The notes: generated from the letters alone by a model not told the origin. Counted from the first letter of the stretch, positions 34,733 to 45,429 are shown. The stretch is 64,000 bases of DNA from an uncultured bacterium (GCA_964511215.1 CAZEER010000003.1:6457-70456); one strand, 5' to 3'. A program made the numbers and translations.

Positions 34733-35664
34733 AATACTTTCCAGGCAGCACCCAATGCTGCCGTCCTTCTATCAGAAGAGAAATCAATAATTAAATCTGT
34801 ACAATTCATAAACATTTTCCCTAATCTGTTATTGTCATTTAATAGAAAATGGCCAAGTCTCTGGCCTATAACTATTTTTTCAATTGATTCATTATTTTTT
34901 TGAAAAAACTTAATTCGGTCATCTACTAGGAATGAAAATGCTTCTAATACATTTTCAACAATATCAAAAAATTGATTTGATCTAGATAGTTCAGACAGCG
35001 TTCTATATTTAGTGTTGTAAGTTAGATTGTACTTTTTGATTATACCTGATGGAGAGAGCCATGATTCTACAGAGTCACCAGATGGAAGAGTTAATTCCCA
35101 CGAACGTTTAGGACTAGAATTATGGTTAAAGTCAATCATTTCACCATTAAGAACTAATCCATCTGCTATTCCTGTTCCGCCACCAATATAGATACCATTA
35201 TTAATATTTTTCATTTTTCCTATAGTTGACTTCCACTCTCCCATAACACAGCAATCTGAATCATTATAAATAGTATTGACAGCATCTAGGCGATTTACCA
35301 TATTGATAATTCTTGGACCATTTGCTAATACTACGATATCATTTTTATTTTTTATTCCTGGAAAACATAATCCAGTTTGATAACCTTGACACTGAGATAA
35401 AGCTTGTTGAATTGTTTCTATAATGATATTCCCTTGAATGATCTCAGAATTTTTGATTGATATTTTTCCAATTTTATATTCATTTCGTTGTATATCTAAT
35501 GCTACTGGTAAAAAGTTTTTATCCCAGCTTGGATGATTAGAGTAAAGAAATTCTTGATAAATTTTACCTGGAGAGATGTTATTGGATTCAGGATCAAAAA
35601 TTGCTGATTGGATAAGTACTTTTGTGGCACCGCAGTCAACACCCACTAAAAGATCATTATTCAT
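34726..35664 (-). CDS. BadF/BadG/BcrA/BcrD-type ATPase, probable N-acetylglucosamine (amino-sugar) kinase
   Basis: The ASKHA phosphate-1 motif VGVDCGATKV lies at the N-terminus, with GGGTGIADG later. It sits between SpoIID and NagZ with overlapping stops and starts. Confidence 0.7.
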   Translation of the reverse strand: MNNDLLVGVDCGATKVLIQSAIFDPESNNISPGKIYQEFLYSNHPSWDKNFLPVALDIQRNEYKIGKISIKNSEIIQGNIIIETIQQALSQCQGYQTGLCFPGIKNKNDIVVLANGPRIINMVNRLDAVNTIYNDSDCCVMGEWKSTIGKMKNINNGIYIGGGTGIADGLVLNGEMIDFNHNSSPKRSWELTLPSGDSVESWLSPSGIIKKYNLTYNTKYRTLSELSRSNQFFDIVENVLEAFSFLVDDRIKFFQKNNESIEKIVIGQRLGHFLLNDNNRLGKMFMNCTDLIIDFSSDRRTAALGAAWKVLC

Positions 35665-36715
35665 TGATATTATATTTTAATTTGAGAGTATCAATTCTAT
35701 TGATAGATTCTAATATTCTAGTTTTTTGTATCTTACCGGTATCAATTAGATGACAAATTGTATGGATTGCTTTAGGAATGTAATCATTATCATAAATAAG
35801 ATTATTTCCAAGACAAAATAGGTCAATCCCTGCATTAATCATAAGTTCAAATGTATCTTCCATACTATAGTGATCTGAAATAGCACGCATGCTAGGATCA
35901 TCGCAAATAACTACGCCTTCAAAACCAAGATCAGTTTTTAACATATCAGATATAATCTTTTTTGATAGAGATGCAGGGTATTCAGGATCTAATTTGTTAT
36001 CAAAAGCATGAGAGACCATTATTGTATCTAAATCTTTAGATTGAATTAATTTATCAAATGGTAAAACATCTTTGACAGTCCAAGTATTTGTAATATCTGT
36101 AAACCCTTCATGAGTATCACCCGAAGCCGTTCCAAGTCCTGGGAAATGTTTACCACAGGAAATTATTCCTTTTTCTCGATGAGTACTTATAAATATTTTT
36201 GAATGTTCAACTACAGTTTTTGGGTCTTTTGAGAATGCTCTATCAGCCTCACTTATAACGGTACCATCTCCAAAATCAAGGTCTAATACTGGAGCAAAAT
36301 TAAGATTAATTCCTGCCTCTGAAAGTGTTGATGCCATGGATTGTGAAAACTGTTTTGTTATGAGTGGATTATTTAATAATCCAATATGTTTCCAAGAAGG
36401 ATTTTCTTCAAAACCATATATTGCTTTAAGCCTAGATGAGTTTCCACCCTCTTGGTCAACTGATATTAAAAGTGGTATTTTAGAGATATTCTGTAATTGT
36501 GATGTAAGAACTTTAATTTGCTTTGGAGATTCTATATTCCGTGTTCCTGGTTTCATTTCACTTCCACCGAGTTCAAGATCTATATCGTAAAGAATTACAC
36601 CTGCAATATTATACTTATCAATATATTTTTTTATTTCAGAACCATTTAATAGATTTTTACCACGAAACCCTGCGATAATTATTTGCCCAACAAGCTGTTC
36701 AATTGATTTTGCCAT
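35657..36715 (-). CDS. nagZ: Beta-N-acetylhexosaminidase, GH3 (NagZ)
   Basis: 352 aa. VDQEGG, the NagZ-type KHFPGLG...GDTH motif, and VSHA are present. Confidence 0.88.
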   Translation of the reverse strand: MAKSIEQLVGQIIIAGFRGKNLLNGSEIKKYIDKYNIAGVILYDIDLELGGSEMKPGTRNIESPKQIKVLTSQLQNISKIPLLISVDQEGGNSSRLKAIYGFEENPSWKHIGLLNNPLITKQFSQSMASTLSEAGINLNFAPVLDLDFGDGTVISEADRAFSKDPKTVVEHSKIFISTHREKGIISCGKHFPGLGTASGDTHEGFTDITNTWTVKDVLPFDKLIQSKDLDTIMVSHAFDNKLDPEYPASLSKKIISDMLKTDLGFEGVVICDDPSMRAISDHYSMEDTFELMINAGIDLFCLGNNLIYDNDYIPKAIHTICHLIDTGKIQKTRILESINRIDTLKLKYNINE

Positions 36716-36900
36716 ATATTGAAACTAATTTGAAAAATTCATATGTCTAATAAAAAGCGTATAGATTATAAAATTTTATAAACAATTTTACGTATCTTTT
36801 TATTTATTATTTTTTATTATTTAGTTGTATAAGTTTAGTTGAACAGATATATTTTTACTTAAGGTTGTTGATAATTATCCTAAAATATTATTATTGAATA

Positions 36901-39807
36901 ATGACTAGAAGTCATCCTACATATTTTGTCTACAGTATTATAATTTTATTTTTTATTAGTTGCTCTCCCATGCCAAATAGTTCAAATAATTGGGCAGAAA
37001 AAACTTTAAAAAATTTATCGTTGCGTGAAAAGATTGCTCAAATGATGATTTACCGCATGAACATGAGATTAAAAGATATTCCTGTATCCAAATGGAATGA
37101 GATAATGGATTTAATCAATTCTGATGGTATAGGTGGAGTTCATCTATGGTTTGGTGAAGCGAGTAGTTCCTTGATAATAATGAATGAAATGCAGAATGCT
37201 TCTAAAGTACCTATTATATTTGATGCTGATATTGAGTATGGACTGCACCAAAGATTCCCAATGGGAACGGAGCTTATGCCTTTAATGGCGATAGCTGCTA
37301 CAGGTAATCCTAAAAATGCCTATGCAATTGGGAAAATTGTTGCTAAAGAATCAAGAGCAATCGGAGTACATTGGAATTTTTCACCTGTTGTTGATGTAAA
37401 TAACAATCCTGCGAATCCAATTATTAATGTTAGATCCTTTAGTGAAGACCCCAAAATAGTTAGTCAATATGGTGTAGAATATTTAAAAGGTCTACAGGAT
37501 AATGGGATGCTTGCAACTGCAAAACATTTTCCAGGGCATGGTGATACAGAAACAGATTCACACTCTGCATTGGCAATGATTCCTAGTGATTCATCTAGAA
37601 TTTGGTCAGTGGAAATACCGCCTTTTCAAGCAATGATTAATAATGGAGTTGATGCTGTAATGATTGCCCATGTTCATGCACCAGATTACCAGCCTGATGC
37701 TTATATGCCTGCATCTATGAATTCCTTTTGGGTAAAAAATATATTAAGAGATAGACTTGGTTTTAAGGGAGTTATAGTAACGGATGCAATGGAGATGGGT
37801 GGGATTACGAAAAATTATTCAGATGCATTTGCTTTAGTAGAAGCTGTGAAAGCGGGTTGTGATGTTATTATCCAAAATGATGATTTAATACAATCTATAG
37901 AAACTATAGAGAAAGCAGTTTTAGATGGTAGAGTTTCTGAAGATACAATTGATCAATCTGCTCTAAAAATGCTTAAAATGAAAGAAAAGTTAGGTATCCA
38001 TTTAAGCAATAAAATAAATCTAACCAATGTTCAAGAGATTTTCAGTAATGATCAACATAAAATTGAAGCTAAAAGAATAGCTTCGGAAGTAATCACATGT
38101 GTAAAACATAATAAAAACATGCTTCCTATTAATCAGAATATTGACTGGATTGTTATTGATATCTATGATACTGAAAATAATCACTCTATCTCACCAATTA
38201 CAAAAGGGCTGAAATCCGCAGGTCTAAAAATAAAATCATTTCAAATAGATGAGTCTGATTCAAAAAATATTTTAACTGAAATTCTAAATCAAATACCTCA
38301 AAACTCTAATGTAATTCTAAATACTTTTGTAACCTATCAAGCTTGGAAAGATAGGATTTCACTCCCTGAAAATGAATCAAATTTCATAAAAAATATATTG
38401 AAGATTACGGATAGAGTAATTTTAGGAAGTCTGGGAAATCCATATATCATCCAAGATTTTCCTGAAATACCAGTATACTTATGTGCATATAAAAATAATT
38501 TATTAATGCAAAATGCATACATTGATGCTTTATTAGGGAAGACTACAATTGCTGGAAAATTACCTATTACTATACCAGGGGTTTCAGATTTAAATCAAGG
38601 TATAATAATCAAAAAACAAGATAAAAAGAACTCTGTTATTTATTCTAAACCAGGAATCGAGATAAAACAAGTTATCCCATATGAAATAAATGTTAATACT
38701 GAACAATTAGTTTCACTATTAGAAGAAGCTGTGCAAAAAAGAGCATGGGCCGGTAGTGTTTTACTTGGCTCAAAATCTGGGAAAATTTTTATTAATAAAG
38801 CATCTGGCTATCATACCTATGAAAGAAAAAGAAAAATGAGAAAGAGTGACATTTTTGATTTAGCCTCTATATCAAAAGTAATTTCAACAACCTCATGTGT
38901 AATGAAGCTTTATGATCAAAAATTAATTGATTTAGAAGATTTAGTGATTGAATATTTACCAAGATTTAAAGGTTCGCAGGAGCAGTATTTTGATCAAAAA
39001 TCTAAAACCACTATTAAAAATCTTTTAACCCATACTGCTGGTTTACCTCCATTTCGTCAGTACTTTCTCATGAAAGAGCCACCAGAAGTAATGTTAGATA
39101 GTATCTTTAATACAGAACCCATTTTCGGCTTAGAAGATACCGCAGTTTATTCCGATGTAGGGATTATTGTTCTTGGTGAAATTGTTAAAAAAGTTGGAGG
39201 TTTATCATTAGCTAAGTACGCAGATGAAAATATATTTCAATCTTTGGGAATGAATACTACATTTTATAACCCACCAAAAGAAAAATTAAATCGTATTGTT
39301 CCAACAGAAATAAATATAGAAGGAAAATTAATCAAGGGATATGTACATGATGAAAATGCTTTTGCCTTGGGTGGAGTTGCAGGGCATGCAGGATTGTTTT
39401 CTACAACTCGGGATTTAGCTATTTTTTCACAAATGATGTTAAATAAGGGTCTATATGGATGGAAAAGAATTTTTCAATCTGAAACTGTAGAACTTTTTAC
39501 TCAATACTCGGATACCAATAAAAAAACCTCTAGGAGATTAGGATGGGATGCCCCATCAGGGAAATCTTCGGGAGGAGTTTATTTAAGTAACTCCAGTTTT
39601 GGCCATACAGGCTTTACAGGAACAAGTCTTTGGATAGATCCAGAGAATAATGTTATTGTAATTCTGTTAACAAATGCAGTCCATCCCAGAAGAGTAAATA
39701 AAATGCCCCTTTATTTTGATTGGCGTCAAAGAATCCATTCAGCCGTTTATGAATCATTGGGTTTGGATCAGAAAAACAAAGATTTAGATTGGAGAAAAAG
39801 ATGGTGA
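36901..39807 (+). CDS. Lipoprotein fusing GH3 beta-hexosaminidase to a beta-lactamase-family serine hydrolase
   Basis: Lipobox FFISC. The GH3 half carries KHFPGHGDTETDSH. The C-terminal half carries FDLASISKV (SxxK), YSDVG and GHTGFTGT (the KTG-equivalent box of AmpC/esterase-type enzymes). Confidence 0.88.
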   Translation: MTRSHPTYFVYSIIILFFISCSPMPNSSNNWAEKTLKNLSLREKIAQMMIYRMNMRLKDIPVSKWNEIMDLINSDGIGGVHLWFGEASSSLIIMNEMQNASKVPIIFDADIEYGLHQRFPMGTELMPLMAIAATGNPKNAYAIGKIVAKESRAIGVHWNFSPVVDVNNNPANPIINVRSFSEDPKIVSQYGVEYLKGLQDNGMLATAKHFPGHGDTETDSHSALAMIPSDSSRIWSVEIPPFQAMINNGVDAVMIAHVHAPDYQPDAYMPASMNSFWVKNILRDRLGFKGVIVTDAMEMGGITKNYSDAFALVEAVKAGCDVIIQNDDLIQSIETIEKAVLDGRVSEDTIDQSALKMLKMKEKLGIHLSNKINLTNVQEIFSNDQHKIEAKRIASEVITCVKHNKNMLPINQNIDWIVIDIYDTENNHSISPITKGLKSAGLKIKSFQIDESDSKNILTEILNQIPQNSNVILNTFVTYQAWKDRISLPENESNFIKNILKITDRVILGSLGNPYIIQDFPEIPVYLCAYKNNLLMQNAYIDALLGKTTIAGKLPITIPGVSDLNQGIIIKKQDKKNSVIYSKPGIEIKQVIPYEINVNTEQLVSLLEEAVQKRAWAGSVLLGSKSGKIFINKASGYHTYERKRKMRKSDIFDLASISKVISTTSCVMKLYDQKLIDLEDLVIEYLPRFKGSQEQYFDQKSKTTIKNLLTHTAGLPPFRQYFLMKEPPEVMLDSIFNTEPIFGLEDTAVYSDVGIIVLGEIVKKVGGLSLAKYADENIFQSLGMNTTFYNPPKEKLNRIVPTEINIEGKLIKGYVHDENAFALGGVAGHAGLFSTTRDLAIFSQMMLNKGLYGWKRIFQSETVELFTQYSDTNKKTSRRLGWDAPSGKSSGGVYLSNSSFGHTGFTGTSLWIDPENNVIVILLTNAVHPRRVNKMPLYFDWRQRIHSAVYESLGLDQKNKDLDWRKRW

Positions 39808-39813
39808 TTTCTT

Positions 39814-41175
39814 ATGCTGAATATTATTAATTCAAATATAAAAAATTATATTGTTTTATTTTTTTTCGTTAGTTTATTAACTGCTCAACGTGTTGTGGGA
39901 TACTATCCTTATTGGGTCCAAAATACGCTCTTACCTCAAAATATTGATCTAGTAACATTTACTCATATTAATCACGCTTTTGCATGGCCAGATGCAAATG
40001 GTGAAATAATCGCTCCGAACAATTCATTTTTTGATGTTCTGACATCGAGCTATATCCATGACCTAGATAGGAAATTCATCCTTTCCTTAGGTGGAGGAGG
40101 GCAGGGGCAAGGGTTTGCCACTTCCACCTCAACATATGATATTAGAGCAGTTTTTATTGAGAATATTATTGATAAGCTTATTACCTATGGTTATGATGGG
40201 ATTGATATTGATTGGGAGCATCCTCAATCAACCGAGCAAAGAAATAATCTCACCCAATTTATTCAAGAATTAGATTCCACATTCAATGCCTTTGATCCTG
40301 AGTTATTAATAACCATGGCAGTTCCCATATCAAATTGGTCTGGGCAGTGGTATGATTTTAATAGCCTAAAATTGCATGTGGATTATTTTAATGCGATGAC
40401 GTATGATATCCATGGTGGGTGGAGTACACACGCAGGTCACAATTCCCCTTTATACCAATCTCCACAGGGTGATCCCGATGGGTCAGTCCAGACAGGGATA
40501 AATTATTTAATAAGCAGTGGAATCCCTCAAGAAAAAATAAACATGGGTATACCTTTTTGGGGCAAGCAGTATAATACATCTACAATTAATGGAAATTTTT
40601 CTGGCACTGTTGTTGATCTATATTACAATGAAATTACCCCGCTCATTGGAAATGGATGGGTCTACGAATGGGATAATGTTGCTAAGTGTCCTTATCTTGT
40701 GAAAGATGATCAAACAAAAATTATTACCTATGACAATCCTCTTTCAGTAGAGTATAAATGTAATTATGCAAAACTTAGAAATCTTGGAGGGGTTATGGTA
40801 TGGGCATTAGGTTATGATGAAATAGGTGGAGACGAAACTCTCACAGGGGCAATTAATATGCATTGGTTATCTGCATCGAACCGTGATTCTAAAATTTTAC
40901 CAAATGATGCTAGTCTAGCTGTTTTTCCTAATCCATTTAATCCAGGAACAAAAATAAAGTTCGAATTACATAAAGCTGAAAATATTCGTATTAATATATA
41001 CAATATTAGAGGGGCAATAATCAGGACTGTAGTAAATGACTATTTTAAAGCAGGAATTCACGTAATGAATTATTATCCAGAATCGAATCATGATAATATT
41101 TCTAGTGGTGTTTATTTCTTAGAGTTAGAAACTTCCACAAAAAGGGTAACGAAAAAAATATTATATATAAAATAA
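39814..41175 (+). CDS. GH18 glycosidase (chitinase / endo-beta-N-acetylglucosaminidase-like) with T9SS C-terminal sorting domain
   Basis: It has a signal peptide and the catalytic DGIDIDWE motif (DxxDxDxE). The C-terminus LAVFPNPFNPGTKIKFEL...GVYFLELETSTKRVTKKILYIK is typical of T9SS type A CTDs. Confidence 0.88.
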   Translation: MLNIINSNIKNYIVLFFFVSLLTAQRVVGYYPYWVQNTLLPQNIDLVTFTHINHAFAWPDANGEIIAPNNSFFDVLTSSYIHDLDRKFILSLGGGGQGQGFATSTSTYDIRAVFIENIIDKLITYGYDGIDIDWEHPQSTEQRNNLTQFIQELDSTFNAFDPELLITMAVPISNWSGQWYDFNSLKLHVDYFNAMTYDIHGGWSTHAGHNSPLYQSPQGDPDGSVQTGINYLISSGIPQEKINMGIPFWGKQYNTSTINGNFSGTVVDLYYNEITPLIGNGWVYEWDNVAKCPYLVKDDQTKIITYDNPLSVEYKCNYAKLRNLGGVMVWALGYDEIGGDETLTGAINMHWLSASNRDSKILPNDASLAVFPNPFNPGTKIKFELHKAENIRINIYNIRGAIIRTVVNDYFKAGIHVMNYYPESNHDNISSGVYFLELETSTKRVTKKILYIK

Positions 41176-41176
41176 A

Positions 41177-42475
41177 TTAATCATAAAGGAAGTATTTAGA
41201 AGACTTTTTAATAAATTTCTCTATGTCTTTTTTTTCCTTAGCAAGAAAATTAAACAGGTATTTTCCTGCTTCAATTTCATCAGATGGGGTTCCATTATCC
41301 AAATAGTTTGATAGGGATTCATTACCATAGAGTTTGTTAATTATGTTTGGGGTGAATTGAAATTTATTTTCGTAAAGGTTCTTTATCATAAAAAGGCTGT
41401 AAAGCCCCATTTCTAGAGATCTGTATTTATATTTATCTGTTACTTCAAAAGAGCTACCGTAACATATTTTATTTTCAAATTTTGGGTTTAGCGCTTTACC
41501 AGGTATGGATTCTGGGAAGAAATTAGTAAAGTCAATTTTAACTCCATTAAGACTCAGGTTTTGTAGCCTTTCAATTAGAATTTTAGTTATCCATGGTGCA
41601 CCGATTTGTTTAAATGGTTTTCTGGTTCCCCGTCCTTCACTGATATTTGTCCCTTCAATGAGACACATGCCTGGATAAATAATTGCAGTTTCTAGATCTG
41701 GGATATTTGGAGAAGGTGCAACCCATGGTAAGCCAGTATCATCAAAAAACATTGATCTTTTCCATCCATCCATTTTTACGATGGTTATTTCTTTTGGTGT
41801 TGATGATAGCCATTTTTCATTTATTGCCATATTTGTTAGTTCGCCAACGGTCATTCCATATCTGATCGGTATGGGATAATATCCTAAAAATGATTTGAAT
41901 GAAGTATCAAGTATAGGCCCTTCAAATATTTCTCCTCCAATAGGATTTGGCCTATCTAATACCATGAACTCAATTCCGAAATCTCCAGCTGCTTCCATGG
42001 CCATACCAAGAGTTGATATGTATGTGTAAAAACGAGCACCGATATCTTGGATATCATAAATTATCAGATCAATTTCTTTTAGCATTTCAATTGTTGGTCT
42101 TCTTGTTGTTCCATATAGTGAGATTATTTCTGGTCCAGATATATTATGATTATCATAGATGACTTTAGCTCCGGCGCTTGCTTCTCCATAAAAACCATGT
42201 TCAGGCGCAAATATTGTTTTTAAAAATATGTTAGGGTTGCTTTGAAAAAGTTGATAGTTTTTTTGATTATTTCTTGAGATGCCTGTTTGATTTGTGATGA
42301 GTCCAATTGTTTTTCCCTTAAGGTAGCTAGGATAGTCTTCTAACAATACATCTAAACCAGTTCTGACAATATTATTTTTATCAGGCTTAATTGGGCCAAG
42401 AGTTACAATGGAATATTCGGGTTTATGATATTTCATCCCTAGGAGACATAGGAATAATAGGATATTTAACTTCAT
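41177..42475 (-). CDS. namZ: DUF1343 family exo-beta-N-acetylmuramidase (NamZ-like)
   Basis: GLITNQTGI, FAPEHGFYG and DIQDIGARFYTYISTLG are signature DUF1343 blocks. Confidence 0.85.
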   Translation of the reverse strand: MKLNILLFLCLLGMKYHKPEYSIVTLGPIKPDKNNIVRTGLDVLLEDYPSYLKGKTIGLITNQTGISRNNQKNYQLFQSNPNIFLKTIFAPEHGFYGEASAGAKVIYDNHNISGPEIISLYGTTRRPTIEMLKEIDLIIYDIQDIGARFYTYISTLGMAMEAAGDFGIEFMVLDRPNPIGGEIFEGPILDTSFKSFLGYYPIPIRYGMTVGELTNMAINEKWLSSTPKEITIVKMDGWKRSMFFDDTGLPWVAPSPNIPDLETAIIYPGMCLIEGTNISEGRGTRKPFKQIGAPWITKILIERLQNLSLNGVKIDFTNFFPESIPGKALNPKFENKICYGSSFEVTDKYKYRSLEMGLYSLFMIKNLYENKFQFTPNIINKLYGNESLSNYLDNGTPSDEIEAGKYLFNFLAKEKKDIEKFIKKSSKYFLYD

Positions 42476-42692
42476 AAATTTAGTTTATTTGTATTATTTA
42501 CATGATAGTCTGTATAGCTAGACCCAATCCATATTGCTAATATAATAAGTTCAAAAATATTGATTGAAGAAAATTATGGTTTTAGTATAATTAAAGCAAA
42601 AATATATAAAAAACGTATTTTGCGATACTCTGGAAATATAGAATGAATTTTCTAAAATAATTATTAATTAATAACAAAATAGGAGTTTAATT

Positions 42693-44264
42693 ATTCATTG
42701 GATTGATAATTTAATTATTTTCCTTTTTTTATCAGGTCTCATTGGGTTTGGATGGGTTCAAGGACTGCATAATAAGACTACATCAGATTATTTTCTAGGA
42801 AATAAAAAACTTCCATGGGTTACAGTCATGTTATCAATTGTAGCCACGGAAACATCAGTACTAACTTTTATCAGTATTCCAGGTATTGCATATCGTGGGA
42901 ATTGGATTTTTATCCAGCTTGCCTTTGGCTATATCTTTGGAAGAATTTTGGTGAGCATTTTTCTTCTCCCAAAATATTTCTCGTCCGGGATTGTGTCCAT
43001 TTATGAGATATTAGGTGAAAAATTTGGTAAGAATATGCAGAAAATTGCATCAGGTGTATTCCTGACAACTCGCATTCTTGCAGATGGTATTAGATTTTTA
43101 GCGACAGCAGTTATAATTCAAGTTATTACTGGTTGGTCTTTGCCGGTTTCAGTATTACTTATTGGTATTATTACGTTAATATATTCAGCACAGGGTGGAA
43201 TAAAGACTATTATATGGGTGGATAGTATTCAATTTGTATTATACCTTGCTGGGGGGATCATCTCTATCTTATATATATTATATAACTCGGATGAAACTTT
43301 TCATAATATTTTTTTCAGTTTAAGTGATGCTGGAAAGATGAGGATTTTTGGCCTAAATGGTCATCCTCTTACAGAACCATATTTTCTTATAAGTGCTTTT
43401 GTTGGAGGTACGTTCTTATCTTTATCATCGCATGGTGCGGATTATATGATGGTGCAACGTGTACTTACGACAAAAGAACTAAGATCAGGTCAAAAAGCGA
43501 TGATAGGTAGTGGAATTTTTGTAATGATTCAGTTTGGGATTTTTCTTTTAGCAGGTTCACTAATATTCTATTATTTTGATGGTACCCCATTACAAAAAGA
43601 TAGGGAATTCACTTCGTTTATTGTGAACCATTTACCGATAGGATTGAGAGGGTTTTTGCTTGCAGGAATATTGTCAGCTGCCATGTCTACACTAAGTTCA
43701 TCTATTAATTCTCTTTCATCTTCAACCATAATTGACTGGTTTGGAGCACATTCTTCATTAAATCTATCAAGATTGGTTAGCCTGTTTTGGTCGATAATTT
43801 TGATTAGTATCGCACTCCTTTTTAATGAAAGTGATTCAGCCATAGTTATTGTAGGTCTGCAAATTGCATCATTTACCTATGGAGGTCTACTTGGTTTATT
43901 TTTATTGAGTAAGAGTAACAGAAAATTCCATTCAAGTAGTTTAATTATTGGATTAATTTCAAGTTTTTTAATTGTATTTTACTTGAAGCATCTGGGCCTA
44001 GCCTGGACTTGGTTTATAATGATTTCAGTCATGACGAATGTTTCAATGGCATTTTTAGCTGAAGCATTTATTAAACCAAGTGACACAAAGATGATTGCGT
44101 TACTGGTAATCATAATCAGTATTTCTTTACTTTATTCTTCTTTTTTAAAACCTATTATACAATCAACTCAAAGATTTTTTGATAATCATAATTCTAACAG
44201 ATTAATACAATCAGTCGCATATGATTTTTTGAATGGGAAAGAGAAAGAAGACAGATCTAATTAA
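42693..44264 (+). CDS. Sodium:solute symporter (second SSS paralogue); proposed non-canonical ATT start
   Basis: The track starts at 42828 (MLSIVATETS), but the frame is open from 42675. It encodes (I)HWIDNLIIFLFLSGLIGFGWVQGLHNKTTSDYFLGNKKLPWVTV, the obligatory SSS TM1 and DYFLGxRxxPW block. No ATG, GTG or TTG occurs in that stretch. AGGAG at 42681-42685 lies 7 nt before the ATT at 42693. Confidence 0.75.
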   Translation: MHWIDNLIIFLFLSGLIGFGWVQGLHNKTTSDYFLGNKKLPWVTVMLSIVATETSVLTFISIPGIAYRGNWIFIQLAFGYIFGRILVSIFLLPKYFSSGIVSIYEILGEKFGKNMQKIASGVFLTTRILADGIRFLATAVIIQVITGWSLPVSVLLIGIITLIYSAQGGIKTIIWVDSIQFVLYLAGGIISILYILYNSDETFHNIFFSLSDAGKMRIFGLNGHPLTEPYFLISAFVGGTFLSLSSHGADYMMVQRVLTTKELRSGQKAMIGSGIFVMIQFGIFLLAGSLIFYYFDGTPLQKDREFTSFIVNHLPIGLRGFLLAGILSAAMSTLSSSINSLSSSTIIDWFGAHSSLNLSRLVSLFWSIILISIALLFNESDSAIVIVGLQIASFTYGGLLGLFLLSKSNRKFHSSSLIIGLISSFLIVFYLKHLGLAWTWFIMISVMTNVSMAFLAEAFIKPSDTKMIALLVIIISISLLYSSFLKPIIQSTQRFFDNHNSNRLIQSVAYDFLNGKEKEDRSN

Positions 44265-44283
44265 AACTCCTTGGATTCTAGGG

Positions 44284-45429
44284 TTAAATTATCCTTTTTA
44301 CGAAAAGGAATGTCTCCAGCCTTTTTGGGGCAAAATTAACTAAATTTTTATCTAAAGAATTTTCTTTTACCATGCCCCCTTGATGGATAAACTCTTTTCC
44401 ACCAGTACTTATACCAACATGTGTTACTCTATTATTTTCCCCAAAAAAAAGTAAATCCCCAGGGCGAATATTTTCCCAATTTTTATCAGGGGTTATATCA
44501 ATTCCTTCTAATGCCTGTTGTCTAGCATCACGTGGCAATTGTATACCATTTGATTTGAATACTATTTGGGTAAACCCTGAGCAATCATTCCCTTTAGAAG
44601 AATTGCCACCCCATAAATAAGGCACTCCGGTCATTTTATAAGCGTCCCTAAGGATACTATCTGGGACTGCTAATTTCTCCGGTCTACTAATTATAGGTTT
44701 TAAAATATTTTTTGTAACATAACCAGATCTACCATCGGGGAGCAAAATAGATACCCAATCTTTATTTTTAATATTACCAATTAATATATTATTAAGTACA
44801 GCATCAGTAATAGGTTGGCTTGTATTATTAGGTAATGAAAATATAGTAGTTTGTAATGTGTTAATAGTGTAGTTAGCATTTTTTACCCAATTATTTTTTA
44901 AAACTGAGTCACATATAAACAATCCAGTTTCATTAATCCACCCCACATAATTATAGTGTGTTTGAGATAAATACCAACCAGTTTTGTAACGAAGCAACCT
45001 AATAATATTCCCCATTGTAGTCTGATCTACCATTTGACTAGAGTGACTTGGCTTTTCTCGCAAAGGTGTAACGCTTACATTAACAATTGCATAATTATTA
45101 TTGCCTAGTGTAGGGTCAGGTAGCATCATAAAATTATTAGTGAATTTTTTTGACCTAAACAGTGAGTCACTCATTTCCATCAATTTTGTAAAAGCAATAG
45201 CATTAGTGGTGGCACCTTCTATGACCCATTGATTATCTATTTTTTTTAGGCTTGGTGAAAAGACAGAGAGTGATTTGTCAGTAATATATTGTTTACTTAT
45301 TTCTGAGACCCTTCTATCAAAATCAGAAATAATTTTCTTTTTATCAGAACAATCAGATACTAAAAATAACAGGAATAAGTAAAACAAAAAGCTGAAGATT
45401 TTTTTCATTAATTTTTTTCTTCTAATCAT
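44284..45429 (-). CDS. NlpC/P60 (C40) cell-wall endopeptidase with N-terminal SH3b-like domains
   Basis: YLWGGNSSKGNDCSGFTQIVF (catalytic Cys) followed by HVGIS (His). It has a lipoprotein-like N-terminus; MKKIFSFLFYLFLLFLVSDC is a possible alternative start at 45408. Confidence 0.85.
   Translation of the reverse strand: MIRRKKLMKKIFSFLFYLFLLFLVSDCSDKKKIISDFDRRVSEISKQYITDKSLSVFSPSLKKIDNQWVIEGATTNAIAFTKLMEMSDSLFRSKKFTNNFMMLPDPTLGNNNYAIVNVSVTPLREKPSHSSQMVDQTTMGNIIRLLRYKTGWYLSQTHYNYVGWINETGLFICDSVLKNNWVKNANYTINTLQTTIFSLPNNTSQPITDAVLNNILIGNIKNKDWVSILLPDGRSGYVTKNILKPIISRPEKLAVPDSILRDAYKMTGVPYLWGGNSSKGNDCSGFTQIVFKSNGIQLPRDARQQALEGIDITPDKNWENIRPGDLLFFGENNRVTHVGISTGGKEFIHQGGMVKENSLDKNLVNFAPKRLETFLFVKRII

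Noticed and set aside
36767-36782. 16-bp perfect palindrome TTATAAAATTTTATAA, plus the direct repeat TTTAGTTG-N6-TTTAGTTG (36821-36842), in the nagZ / GH3-fusion divergent promoter region
   Set aside because: The palindrome is composed only of A/T in a very AT-rich spacer, so chance occurrence is plausible. It matches no known operator consensus. I noted it as a possible regulator site but consider it too weak to report as a feature.
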